64,000 nucleotides of DNA from Octopus vulgaris (lineage: Eukaryota), in contig OX597830.1 of NCBI GenBank assembly GCA_951406725.2, positions 10,354,001 to 10,418,000 on the forward strand. Reading direction: 5' to 3'. The notes under the pieces were generated by a model. That model did not search any database, had not been told where the DNA came from, and saw only the letters and a program-made list of their open reading frames with translations. How positions within the stretch are numbered: position 1 is the first letter of the stretch; each line of letters opens with the position of its first letter. Positions 1 to 12,936 of this stretch are shown here, piece by piece. Both the position numbers and the translations under genes were made by a program.

Positions 1-1002
1 TTCAACAGCTGACTGTTTCTTTACTTTCAAGGATCGTATTATTATTGTTGTTGTTGGTGGTGGTAGTGATGGCGGTAGTGGTGGTGGTGATGCTGCTATT
101 GATCTTTTTATTTTTCATGCTTCAGTCATTGGACAGCTGTCATTCTGGAGCAACACCCTGTAGTGTTCAGTCGACGAAATGGACACCCCTACTCATACAA
201 GTCTGGCTCTTATACTATTGCTTTATACTTTCATCGTTGTTGTCGTCGTCATTATGATCATCATCACCATCATCTTCACCACCATCATCACCACCTTCAG
301 AATCCTCCCCCTCCTCTCTCATCGTCATCATCATTATCATTATCACTGTTATCACCATCATCATTATCATCATCAAGTACCTTCTGCTCTCACCAGTTTC
401 TTTACCATCCTATACCGCCATCCCGGTCTTTAAATCATTGGCTTTTATTTTTAACTTTCTCCATTTCTTGGTATTATTTAAGCCCCCACCCAACCCCTCG
501 CAATTCATGGCATTTTTCTCTGCCACTCTCTTACCAAAGATTTCGTCTTTAATTAACATTCTGTAAATCATAATTATGTATCCAAATTATTTTTAATTTT
601 CTCTTAGATGGCATCTCATGAAATTTCCTCAGTGTTTGCCTTTCTTAATACTTTAGATCCTTTGATTTCGTTCAGTTTGTTTTCCCTGCCATCATCCCAT
701 AAGACACATCATCCCATAAATGCACAAAGCCTTCTAGGTTTCGTGAATTTATGACATGTGTCTCCTGTATAAAAGTCCTTTCGGCATTACATATACTCAC
801 TACTTAGCTCCCTTCGCTTGCTAAAATGGGGTGATTTACTGAGGCCAACGGTGTGCAGGATATCAACACCCTCTTGTAGCCACAAGTGGATCATATGCAG
901 TCGTGAAAAGCCAGGACTCATGTCTGCAGAAATTCGAACTAAGACGCAATGCAGATACACATGCAAATATCGTCTCGTTTCTAATATAAATGTGTAGAGA
1001 CG

Positions 1003-1245
1003 AATGGCTTAGTGGTTAGGGGTGTTGGGTTTATGTTCGTATGGCTGTAGTATCAATTCCTGGACAGATCGATGCGCTGTGTTCTTCATCTACACACTTC
1101 ATTTCACGTTGCTTCAGTTCACTCAGTTACCAAAAATGTGTAGCCCTGTGACGGACTGGCGTCCCATCCAGGGGAGGGGGTTATACGTAGTGGAATCCTG
1201 AAAACCGGCGTCATGTGTCTATATGACTCGGGAACGAATTTTACA
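1003..1245 (+). mobile_element. Degenerate tRNA-headed SINE (family D head, CORE-like body)
   Basis: A-box-like TGGCTTAGTGGTTAGG; body CACTTCATTTCACGTTGCTTCAGTTCACTCAG shared with 5820-6152; tail GGACTGGCGTCCCATCCAG shared with the 31 kb SINE. Confidence 0.65.
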
Positions 1246-1644
1246 CCTTATTTCCCCCTAATATAACTAGATTGGCTTTTCTTAATGGTATTTTGATTTA
1301 GAAGTCTAATTGTTGATTCCAAGAGATTGTCTCCCCTTCTTATTGACAACTGGTACGACTGCCGTTAGGTGATTATTTTCTCTGTTCAAGATGAAACAAC
1401 GAGTTGGTAGTGTCAGTTTCAGCAGCGGGTGATTCGTTGTGTCCATTTCACTTTGCTCTTCGATCACTTCGACACCTGACGTGTGATACATCTTACACCT
1501 GTGCAGGTAACGTCGATTTGATGGAGAGAGAAAGAGGTAATGTGCGGCACTTGAATTTGATCACAATAAACAAATGATTTGCGCAGGGAGTTCGGCAAAT
1601 GCTGAACGCTCATTCGTCCTCTTGTCATCGACGGGACATTTCAT

Positions 1645-1686
<42 letters not shown>

Positions 1687-2040
1687 CATTTGTAAATCTC
1701 TGAGAGAGATTTATACAGTAGTAACACGATAAAGTGGTGATATGCTGTTAACTTAATGTGACAGTCCCATGAAAGGGAATAATACTATTGCTATTTAGAC
1801 CTAGGAAGAACCGCTTCTTGTCGGCCTTGACACATTTCCTGTGACTTTATGTTTAAAAAGGGGGAGATAAGCACCCTCTGTCATGACCGACAGGAAGCGG
1901 TGCAGTAGCATTATTCCCTTTCATGGGAATAATTTCATTAAATTGACAGCATACCACCACTTTATATAGGTATATATATATATATGAAGGAAAAATATAT
2001 TATATATATATATATGAAGGAAGAATATTATATATATATA

Positions 2041-2623
2041 AGAAAGAAACTGCAGTCTGAGAATAACCGAGTTAGTAAATGTTTTTATCTTCATTTCACT
2101 AAATTTATCAAGCTTCTGTGTTCCTAGCACATATTTCGCCTTAATGTACTGATATATGGAAAATATATGGCTTGTGTTAGTAATGCCAGCGATTATAATT
2201 ATTTTTATTTTATCGCAATTTGATTTGTTTACATATTTCTCGATAAATTATGAGCGCTAGACGATATACCAGAAATCCCTAGTTTTGTCGGGACGTTCGG
2301 AGTCTGCGCAGTGATATGATTAGTTAGGGAGAGTAAATCATTAGAAGCACATGCTTCTAGTGAGTTAGGATCTCAGAAAAACAGGGCTCTCACTGACGAA
2401 TTCTCCCTGAGCAAATAAATTATCTTTATTGCTGAAAAGAAAGAAACTGCAGTCTGAGAATAACCGAGTTAGTAAATGTTTTTATCTTCATTTCACTTAA
2501 TTTATCAAGCTTCTGTGTTCCTAGCACATATTTCGCCTTAATGTACTGATATATGGAAAATATATGGCTTGTGTTAGTAATGCCAGCGATTATAATTATT
2601 TTTATTTTATCGCAATTTGATTT

Positions 2624-2628
<5 letters not shown>
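2041..2628 (+). mobile_element. Retrozyme-like / Penelope pLTR-like non-coding element, 1.5 tandem units of 397 bp, within (TA)n
   Basis: Near-identical direct repeats 2041-2231 and 2438-2628 (offset 397); hammerhead motif at the unit junction; (TA)n on both sides; no ORF. Confidence 0.8.
2388..2459 (+). ncRNA. Type I hammerhead ribozyme motif
   Basis: Stem I TCTCA/TGAGA; core CTGACGA (2393-2399); stem II TTCT...AGAA with inner AGCAA/TTGCT; GAAA (2443-2446); palindromic stem III ACTGCAGT; GTC cleavage triplet ending at 2454. The base of stem II is an A.A mismatch. Confidence 0.8.
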
Positions 2629-2719
<91 letters not shown>

Positions 2720-3412
2720 CTTTTTCTCCTTTCAATATTTTGTCTTCCATTTAACCTTCACGCAAGTCAGGTAACTGTAAAAAAGATACGTAAGTATCAT
2801 ACAGATATTAATGCATATGTAATACAAACACACACATACACACACATACATGTATTATCTTGGCTAGCGTAATCTTTGCAGTTAAACGTGGTTTATAACT
2901 TTGCGAGAAAATGGCATGAACTCAATGGCGAGATATTAACGGAGATAGAAAATGTCAGAATAATATAAGAGACAATGGGAGTTGTAGTATTTTTGTTGTG
3001 GGCTTAGGTTTTAAAGAGTTTAACTGTATTGACAGATGAGGTGACCGAGAGACTTAGCTATTCACAGAGACAGACAAATAGACAGGGAGACGGCAAATAG
3101 ATTGATAAATAGATTGAGGGATAGACAGAAAGGCAAGAGGTAAATATATAGATAGATACAGAGAGAGAAGGAGATAAAGAGATGGGGAGAGAGAGGGGAA
3201 AGAGGGAGAGATTGATAGAGGGACAAACAGACAGATACTTAGTCAGAGATAGAGAGGTAGATAGGCCGTTTTGGTTGCGTGGCTGGACATTTACACACAC
3301 ACATACACACACACACACATATATATATACACATATATATATACATTATACATTATATATATTTATATATAATAATAATTATTATTATTATTATTATTTC
3401 TATTATTATTAT

Positions 3413-3799
3413 GGAATGGAAGCACTCCATCGGTTACGACGACGAGGGTTCCGGTTGATCCGATCAACGGAACAGCCTGCTCGTGAAATTAACATGTAAG
3501 TGGCTGAGCACTCCACAGACACGTGTACCCTTAACGTAGTTCTCGGGGATATTCAGCGTGACACAGAGAGTGACAAGGCCGGCCCTTTGAAATACAGGTA
3601 CAACAGAAACAGGAAGTAAGAGTGAGAGAAAGTTGTGGTGAAAGAGTACAGCAGGGATCACCACCATCCCCTCCCGGAACCTCGTGGAGCTTTAGGTGTT
3701 TTCGCTCAATAAACACTCACAACGCCCGGTCTGGGAATCGAAACCGCGATCCTACGACCGCGAGTCCGCTGCCCTAACCACTGGGCCATTGCGTCTCCA
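3413..3799 (-). mobile_element. tRNA-derived SINE family A, full length
   Basis: Minus-strand head GGAGACGCAATGGCCCAGTGGTTAGG...GGTTTCGATTCC (A/B boxes); closely matches the copy at 52730-53111; inserted in (TAT)n. Confidence 0.9.
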
Positions 3800-4338
3800 C
3801 TATTATTATATATTTATGTATATATACATATTATTTTCGGAATTCATCCAAAGCTAGGACCATGGGCCATAGGTCCCTTACCCAATTCAGAATCACAACA
3901 CATAAATACACTACAACACAATTTCTTTTCCTGAACAGGCCCTGCCCAAGCAAAAGGCTTTGTAAGTTACGGAGATAGAATGACTATGGAAGTCTATTAA
4001 TACCATAATAACTATATAATAATATATCATAATAATATGTATATCCCGATTTAAAGTGATGTTTATATTTAAACAATTGACCGAAAAATGAAACCAGAAT
4101 CAAACCTACAAGTGAACGTTTACACGCCTCCTTGCGCATCCGATTGGGCCAAACGCTCACTCAACAATTTTAACCAAATGTTATGAATATGTACTTTAAC
4201 TGGCTAATACTACACACAGAGACAAGCATGCACGCACTTAATCTGAAGACAGTTCAGGGTAGCCAGTCTCTGAGATGACTGCAACCTCTTCGCAAATATA
4301 TCATATTTTCAGTAAAATTTACTTACTGATCACCGAAA

Positions 4339-4568
4339 TTAGAAATATTGAATTTCTAAATGTCTCAGAGAGACATGAGCGGTGGTGGAGCGATATAGTG
4401 GTTGTATACTGTCAACTCAATGTGACAGTCCCGTAAGGGAATTACACCACCGCCATTTAGCCCTAGGAAGCATCGATGTCTCCTGTCGGCTTTGACAGTA
4501 TACGACCACTATATCGCTCTACCACCGCTTATGTCTCTCTGAGACATTTAGAAATTTAATATTTCTAA
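4339..4568. repeat. Inverted repeat (~77-bp arms) around a structured spacer
   Basis: 4339-4415 is the near-perfect reverse complement of 4492-4568; the left arm plus spacer resembles 1690-1835. Confidence 0.8.
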
Positions 4569-4570
4569 GT

Positions 4571-5217
4571 TCAAACTTATTTACGAATATATCAGTGGCC
4601 AGAACATGAAATCAAAAAAAAAAATCAAATTGTGATTTATTCACAATTATACACACTTCTTTTATGAAAAAAGTTTTTGGTTTCATGTTCTGGCCATTGA
4701 TATATTCGTAAATAATTTTGAATTGTTTACGATATAGCCTTCGTAATGTATTTTACATACCTCTTTAAATTATTTTATTTTTCACTCATATCCAGTTCGT
4801 CGCTGTGGCTCGATTTACCGATTCGTTTCATATATAAACGCTGTGCATGACGTTTGAATTCAGAATTTGAATTGTGTAGATAGACGTTGACACATTACCC
4901 TTGCCGGTCGGGACACATGTTAAACCCCAAGGTATATTTTTGTGTTAATTTCTATGTACAGGAATGTTCTCCTGGCGAGAAGAATGGATCTATTTTTGGT
5001 TCCTAACTTAGAAATTGCAATACAGGACAGACCATTTATTTTTATTTAAATTTTGAATTTTATGTCGTGTCACTGACCGATAGCTTTTACTGTTGAAAGG
5101 ATATGAGTATTTATAGTGGCTTTATAGCGGTTTTCACTGCTATTTCTAGACATATAAGGGTTTTTATAACCAACTCCATTATAATTGTGATTTATTCACA
5201 ATTATACACTCTTCTTT
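4571..5217 (+). mobile_element. Penelope pLTR-like / retrozyme-like element with degenerate hammerhead
   Basis: Direct repeat AATTGTGATTTATTCACAATTATACAC.CTTCTTT at 4628 and 5183 (offset 555); 5' inverted segment 4571-4616/4675-4723; hammerhead-like motif 4965-5029; ends in (TA)n. Confidence 0.55.
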
Positions 5218-5246
5218 GATATATATATATATATATATATATTTAC

Positions 5247-5594
5247 TAAGATTTGGTGTACAAGAAGTACCTGAGCAGATGACTAATTTCCATTGGATGT
5301 AGCTTGTACTGCACAATCCTCACCTATTGGCCCAAGAAGATTTTCGCCGGTGTGACATGAGAATTGACAAAACCGGGAACTTTCAAGGCCTCGGGTTTTA
5401 TTTTGGAGATTTCCTTCTAAAATAAATGAATAAATAAATAAAATAAAAGCTGAGGCCTTGGAAGTTCCCGGGTTTGTCAATTCTCATGTCACACCGGCGA
5501 AAGTCTTCTTGGACCAATAGGTGAGGATTCTGCAGTGTAAGCTACACCCACTGAGAATTAGTCATCTGCACAGGTACGTCTTGTACACCAAATC

Positions 5595-5598
<4 letters not shown>
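5247..5598. repeat. Long inverted repeat (~155-bp arms) within (TA)n; MITE-like or inverted pLTR
   Basis: TAAGATTTGGTGTACAAG...GGCCTCGGGTTTTATTTT is the reverse complement of AAAATAAAAGCTGAGGCC...CTTGTACACCAAATCTTA with scattered mismatches. Confidence 0.85.
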
Positions 5599-5630
<32 letters not shown>

Positions 5631-5771
5631 CACTGGCCTGCTCGCTTAGCCAGCGGGGTGGCCTCGTTCGAACGTTAAAACAATGCGAACGCATTGTGAC
5701 CAGCGATGTATAACAACATCTGATGGTCTGGTCGGTCACATGATGATGATGATATATATACACACACAATC

Positions 5772-5802
<31 letters not shown>

Positions 5803-5819
5803 CATATATATATAATAAA

Positions 5820-6152
5820 AGGGGTAAAGACCCCCTTCGGTCATGAATGACCATGGGATTGCACCTAGAAAGTTACCCTCCTAGACACAAGTCCGGGCAA
5901 GGTTGTTTATGGAAGACCAGCAGTCGCCCATGCATGCCAGCCTCCCCTCTCCACGCCACCAGTGTTATCCAAGGGAAAGACAAAGGTCGATACAGCTTGG
6001 CACCAGTGACGTCGCAACTCATTTCTACAGCTGAGTGAACTGGAGCAACGTGAAATAAAGTGGTTTGCTCAAGAACACAACACGCAGCCCGGTCCGGGAT
6101 TCGAGCTCACAACCTCACGATCGTAAGCTCGACGCTCTAACCACTGAGCCAT
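5820..6152 (-). mobile_element. tRNA-derived SINE family D, full length
   Basis: Minus-strand head TGGCTCAGTGGTTAGAGC...GAGCTCGAATCCC; related pieces at ~13780-13977, 19115-19410, 51700-52240 and 62360-62440. Confidence 0.8.
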
Positions 6153-6153
6153 G

Positions 6154-6156
<3 letters not shown>

Positions 6157-6191
<35 letters not shown>

Positions 6192-6679
6192 CATATATAT
6201 ACACATACATATATATATATATACACATACATATATATATATATACACATACATACATATATATACATATATATACATACATATATATATACATATATAC
6301 ATACATATATATATACATATATACATACACATATATATATATATACATATATACATACATATATATATATACATATATACATACATATATATATACATAT
6401 ATACATACACATATATATATATACATACATATATATATATATACATACATATATATATATACACACATACATATATATATATATACACATACATATATAT
6501 ATATATACACACATATATATATATACATACATATATATATATATATATATATTATATATACATACATATATATATATATATATACATACATATATATATA
6601 TATACATACATATATATATACATATATAGATATATAGATAGATACATACATACCTATATAAATATATATAAATATATAA

Positions 6680-6750
<71 letters not shown>

Positions 6751-6838
6751 TAAAAACGGTAAGATAACAAAAGAAAGAAAGAGACTTCAATATTATGTAA
6801 ATAGAGGAAATTTATCTATAAAATATAATGTAACATAT

Positions 6839-6890
<52 letters not shown>
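6157..6890. repeat. Compound (TA)n/(TACA)n microsatellite
   Basis: Directly visible; source of spurious YI-rich ORFs. Confidence 0.95.
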
Positions 6891-6895
<5 letters not shown>

Positions 6896-6909
6896 GAGAG
6901 AGAGAGACA

Positions 6910-7390
6910 GAGGTTTAAAGACGGCATGGCATAAGGACGATCACGAAGTCACTTTGAATGGATCAAAAGGCCATAGGAACCCTTGATTCGGATCGAGCTG
7001 GATGTCGAACACAAGTGTGAAAGCTTTTGAGGTGACCTGGATAACATGAAATTTAAAGAAGAATGTTGCGATCGAGGTGACTCTCAGTGATCTTTTTTCT
7101 ATGCACATTTTGTGACAGACCTTGGCTTTCTTTTGCTCGGTTCAAATCTCATTTGCGGACCCATGTAAAACGAACCTACACCAACTATTCTCTCGATTAT
7201 ATGGGCGCACCTTTCAATGCCGTGTATGCCATAAAGTCTGCGAATCTAACGGAGGCCTCATAACACGTTTTAAGATCCAAAATGATCAGAACTTAACTGA
7301 AGCTCTTGGTTGTCCAAGTTATATAAGCAATCTATGTGGGTGTCTTTTCAATACATTGTCTGGTTTTAAAAAACCCCCACATCAGACGCC
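6910..7390 (+). pseudogene. Degenerate 3' end of an RTE/RTEX-type LINE with C2H2-like fingers
   Basis: Fragments [17 protein letters not shown] and KAFE, followed by CRVCHKVCESNGGL and NLCGCLFNTLSGFK, resemble RTE-X C-termini; many stops and frameshifts. Confidence 0.5.
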
Positions 7391-7464
7391 ATGATGGAAG
7401 TAAGATAAAAGTACAAGAGGTGGTCAGACTCTGCATAAGGAACAGCCAACCACCACACACACAA

Positions 7465-7497
<33 letters not shown>

Positions 7498-7598
7498 CAT
7501 ATATACAGATAAACAGACAAGGAGCCCTATGTAGTGAAATATTGATCAAAGTATTGCTCTTCCACAGACATGTACCTATATCTGAATGTATATATGTA

Positions 7599-7644
<46 letters not shown>

Positions 7645-7691
7645 AGGATAGACAGATAGACAGACATACAGACATATATATAAATATATAT

Positions 7692-8062
<371 letters not shown>

Positions 8063-8382
8063 TACGATTAGAATAACACAATAGGCCAATCCTTTCAGTA
8101 CGTCAACGTCTTGAAATTGTTCTCCACTTACTTATCCTGCATATCTTTGTCAAATAGTGACACGTTTCTAGGCACTTTTACAATACTCTCTTACATATAC
8201 GCATTGATAAATATATGCTCACACACACACACAAACAAACACATACACACAAATATCTGTACATATGCATACACATACATTTACAAGCATGCACACAAAT
8301 TTATAAATCGATACATACATACATACATGTGTGTGTACGTGTGTATGTAGTTATATAATTATATAAATGTTTATGGATATAT

Positions 8383-8435
<53 letters not shown>

Positions 8436-9020
8436 TATATATGACTGTATGTATATTTATATATTTATGAATTTAAATATGTTGGCAGACAATTCTCACA
8501 GAAAAATATTACAAATTAAAGTACACATACATACATACACGCGCGCACACAAATAAATAAGCGTATGTGTATGTATACAAATTCCCGTACAGACACAAAC
8601 ACACACATGTACACGCATATACACGCATATATATATATACACACACACACCCTAACACATTTCAGACGAATCAGATAATCTTGAACACCATAAATAACGA
8701 TGCTAAGTAAATCAAAGAGAGCAGACGACAGCTTTCGGTGTCTTATAATCAGAACAACAGTATCGTTATCAGTTACGGGTGGGCAGAGGTGTATTCGGGT
8801 GCTTATACATTTATATAGTCCATAACATTAAAATATCATTCGTGTTAAAACCTCATGTAACCTCTACACCATACCGCAGCCACCGACCGACGTCCAACAA
8901 GCCATATTACATGAGTCTGCCTTCTGTTTCTTTGTGCTTCTCCATAAACATATTTATGAGAAAGTACTCAGGCGTATCTAAATGTACTCCTGTATGTTGT
9001 TTGAATGTGTATAAAGACGC

Positions 9021-9054
<34 letters not shown>

Positions 9055-9382
9055 TGTGTGTGTGTGTGTGTGTGTGTATGAATGTGTGCATGTGTGTGTA
9101 ATAATCTTTAATGTAATGTCTATTTGTCGGCTGCTAAAATTGGATAAATGCTTTTGATATATTCATGGTAATACGTTAGATAATAATTTATTACTGATCT
9201 TTAGACTCCATAAACACACATATACCCCTCTCCCTCACACATGCACACACATACAAACACTGTTTATGCATACATACATCCCGCCATACACATATACCCC
9301 CATGCACACTCACACACACACACACACACACCCATACACGTACATACAGTATTAATAAAAAATACATATACATATGAATATG

Positions 9383-9423
<41 letters not shown>

Positions 9424-10272
9424 GTTTATCAATCTATATACATAGAGATAAGCACACACACTTTATGTGTGTGTGTATTTGTGTGTATATATGTACATAT
9501 GTGTATATACGTACATATGTATACATGTATACATGTGTATAAAAATTATTCAGTAATGAAATCTCTCAAGCCGTGACTCAAAGTTTCGTGCGTCCGTTTA
9601 TCAGGCGACTGAAGATAACCCTCTGGTATATTTACATGCAAAACATCGTACTGGGAAAACTAGTAAAATGAACATAAATAGATATATTATAAAACCGGAG
9701 ACCGTCATATACCGGACGATATATGAAGGCGACATGCATATCGTAGTCCGTATTTTAAAGACCGTGGTCTTAAAAATAGTTGTTGGTAGGTTATGATGAG
9801 TACCACCAATAATAAGTAAAGAGAGGCACAAGCTGCTACACTCTTACTAAATCCCCTTAGCTCTCTTCTAGTGAGGTTACCACATGTGGGCGTATAGAAC
9901 TACACCGGGCAGAGGAGAGAATGCAATTTGTTCATGACCCTCTATCTTATCCATTCTACCATGGCCCAAAGTTTGTTAATGCCTCTTCCACTCTTTCTCC
10001 ATTGCATTCTACACTAATTTTTTTCAGGTGTTGTGGTTCTTCACAGTGTCTCTAAGATATGCAGGGGGGAAGGTGCGTATACTTAAATCAAAGAACGTCT
10101 TAAATACCTTCAGCAAAGTTGAGTTCATTAACATCTTCCACGTATGCCACGGTTAGATTTGAACTAAGAACGCAGAAAGCTAAAATTCTTACTGTAATTT
10201 CTCTGATAAACCGTTTTATTAGCAAAGAGTTATCGCATAGAGTTAGATTAATGATATACATAGAATAGCATA

Positions 10273-10650
10273 GAAGGCGGCGAGCTGGCAGAATCGTTAG
10301 CACACCGGGCGAAATGCGTAGCCGTATTTCGTCTGCCGTTACGTTCTGAGTTCAAATTTCGCCGAGGTCGACTTTGCCTTTCATCCTTTCGGGGTCGATA
10401 AATTAAGTACCGGCTACGCACTTAATCCGTCTGTCTGTCCTTGTTTGTCCCCTCTGTGTTTAGCCCCTTGTGGATAGTAAAGAAATAGGTATTTCGTCTG
10501 CGCTACGTTTAGTTCAAATTCCTGCGAGCTCGACTTTGCTTTTCATCTTTTTGGGGTCGATAAAGTAAGTAACAGTTGCGTCCTGGGGTCAATCTAATCG
10601 ACTGGCCCTCTCCCCCAAAATTTCGGGCCTTCTGCCTAGGGTAGAAAACA
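10273..10650 (+). mobile_element. SINE family C (dimeric, with GCCTTTCATCCTTTCGGGGTCGATAAA domain)
   Basis: Head AAGGCGGCGAGCTGGCAGAA...GAGTTCAAATT; internal module repeated twice; many relatives (~14100-14300, 17020-17220, 17493-17710, 21950-22120, 24680-24850, 34270-34415). Confidence 0.85.
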
Positions 10651-10689
10651 ATGATATTTCTAGCATGGATTTTTACAGCTGCTCTTTTC

Positions 10690-10970
10690 CTCGGAGCGAA
10701 GATTGCGATCGCAGAACATCGAAAGCACAAGTTCCGCAGGGCCGCACACGTCACAAGGTTCACAGACAATAGGCGGACCTATACAGTTGCCCAATGATAT
10801 CCAAGAGATCGGTAAAAGCCACTTGGAAGGCCTTAACAACGATGGGGAAATGATTTAGGCAATTTGAGGGATGATGGAAAAGAATGGCGCAATCAAAATA
10901 GAATAGGAAGCGCATTGTGACCAGCGATATATAACTCTATCTGAAGGCCTGCTTGATACTGTGAACTGTG
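10690..10970 (+). pseudogene. RTE-clade LINE 3' fragment
   Basis: Translation EHRKHKFRRAAHVTRFTDNRRTYTVAQ*YPRDR*KPLGRP*QRWGNDL matches the RTE C-terminal WAGHV.R..DNRWT...W.PR..KR..GRP..RW pattern; second copy at ~22160-22440. Confidence 0.7.
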
Positions 10971-11624
10971 ATACATCGTTGGAAGCTTTACACTGGTTTA
11001 GTAGGCCAGGAGGCAAAGTGCAACGCCCAGTAAATGCACCGTAGCGTTATAAATGGTTCAAACTTGCTCATTATTCAAATAGATAGCATATTCTGCTGAA
11101 ATACCATAAATATATTATGTAAAATTCTAATGTTTACATTGAATTTTGGTTCTTCCATTTGGAAGAACGTAGAGGGCAGAATATTATCAGAATAATGCAG
11201 TCGTGGAAAGATTAGAATTTCAAACATTTGTTTTCACTAACGTATTCAGTGGGGAATTAGCGAAACGTCAATCTTGGGAAGATATATAAGGGGCTTCGGT
11301 ACGGATGTTCTTCCAGTAGCTTGGTTGACAAATAAATGAATAAATAAATAATTATATAAATAAAGAAATGAAAATAAAGGAATAAAAAAACACGAAATAT
11401 CGGCATCTACTCACATATGTTAATTGGTCGCTCAGTTTCAGGTCATTTAAAACTAGAAGCAGATATTTATCTTTTAAATGAAAATTAAGAAAATAGTCGA
11501 AATAATGAGGCACAGGCACAAATGTGTGGTTAAGGAATTCGCTTTGTAACCACGAGGTTGTGAGTTCTCTTTCGTTGTGCAGTACATAAGATAATTTTCA
11601 ACTATAGCCTCGAGGTAGATAATT

Positions 11625-11708
<84 letters not shown>

Positions 11709-11885
11709 GTGAATGGAAGAAATGGAGTTGAACGAAGATTAAACTTCAATTATCCGCACCAACGCACTGTTGCAACACCATATGGTCTTATCTCCAACCG
11801 TGTTTTTTTCTGCTGTGATTTTTGCTACCCAGGTATCGGCTAAACTTTTGAATAATCTGTAACAAGAAAATTCATCTTTCCATTT

Positions 11886-11917
<32 letters not shown>

Positions 11918-12185
11918 CAATTTATCACTCGTACGATGTCTTCATATGTATGGATATATATATTTTGCATAGGTATTGTGAGACCTATAATCCGATGCAG
12001 GACTCAATACACGCATGTTTCAGAACAAAGCGTTTACTGACTGTAGGGTGGTAATAAGAGATCATACACACACACACACACATACCATATGACGGTATAA
12101 TTGCTGTGAAACTTGGATTTTCTACAGCAGAAGTATTCCGGTTTTGGCTGGTTTTCATGTTTCGATGGCATATTAATTCACCACC

Positions 12186-12216
<31 letters not shown>

Positions 12217-12880
12217 GTTGGTAGGTAGGTAGGTAGGTAGGTAGGTAGGTAGATAGGTAGATAGGTACATAGATAGGTAGATAGATAGATAGGCAGGCAT
12301 ATAGGCAGGCAGGCGTATGTATATACATATATTACCAAAAAGAAAAACTTTAATTGTTACTAGTTGTGACTGAGTGTACCGAAGCACCTATATTTCAAGA
12401 AATAAGAGTTAAAACCCCTTAATGTTGCGTGAAGCGCACAATATATATACACTGACAGTGGACATAACCACCCTATGAACGACCCTTGAGATCATTTGAC
12501 GAGACTAGTTTCGTCTATAAGTCGTACAGCCTACGAAGAAGAAGAAGAGGACGACGATGAGCATGACAACCAAAACCGCAAGGACAGCGATGAGGTTGTG
12601 TAAATATCTACTCATATCTTCTTCAAGATTGGCCATTGTTGAAATTTGCAATAAAGTTATGTGTTATTGTTCCTGCACTAGAGAGGATATTTAAAATAGG
12701 GAATAAAAAAAAAATTGTCATCATTCTTTGTAGTTGACACATTGACATATATATACTTGTGCATTTCCATCCTGTTCCTTCTCACATACGCACACACACA
12801 CACACCCGTATATATATATATATATATACATATATGTACAATCGGATCATGATCACGTAAATATGTGTATGTATTATGGA

Positions 12881-12936
<56 letters not shown>

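Noticed and set aside
45-552. His/Ser/Val-rich ORFs
   Set aside because: (CAT)n and (GGT)n trinucleotide repeats plus a SINE scrap.
4416-4500. Pistol or twister ribozyme (TTTAGCCCTAGG resemblance)
   Set aside because: The required pseudoknot pairings are absent and not kept in the 1755-1835 copy.
10651-10797. Small secreted peptide MIFLAWIFTAALFLGAKIAIA...
   Set aside because: The frame is the RTE LINE remnant, and the ATG is GTG in the duplicate copy.
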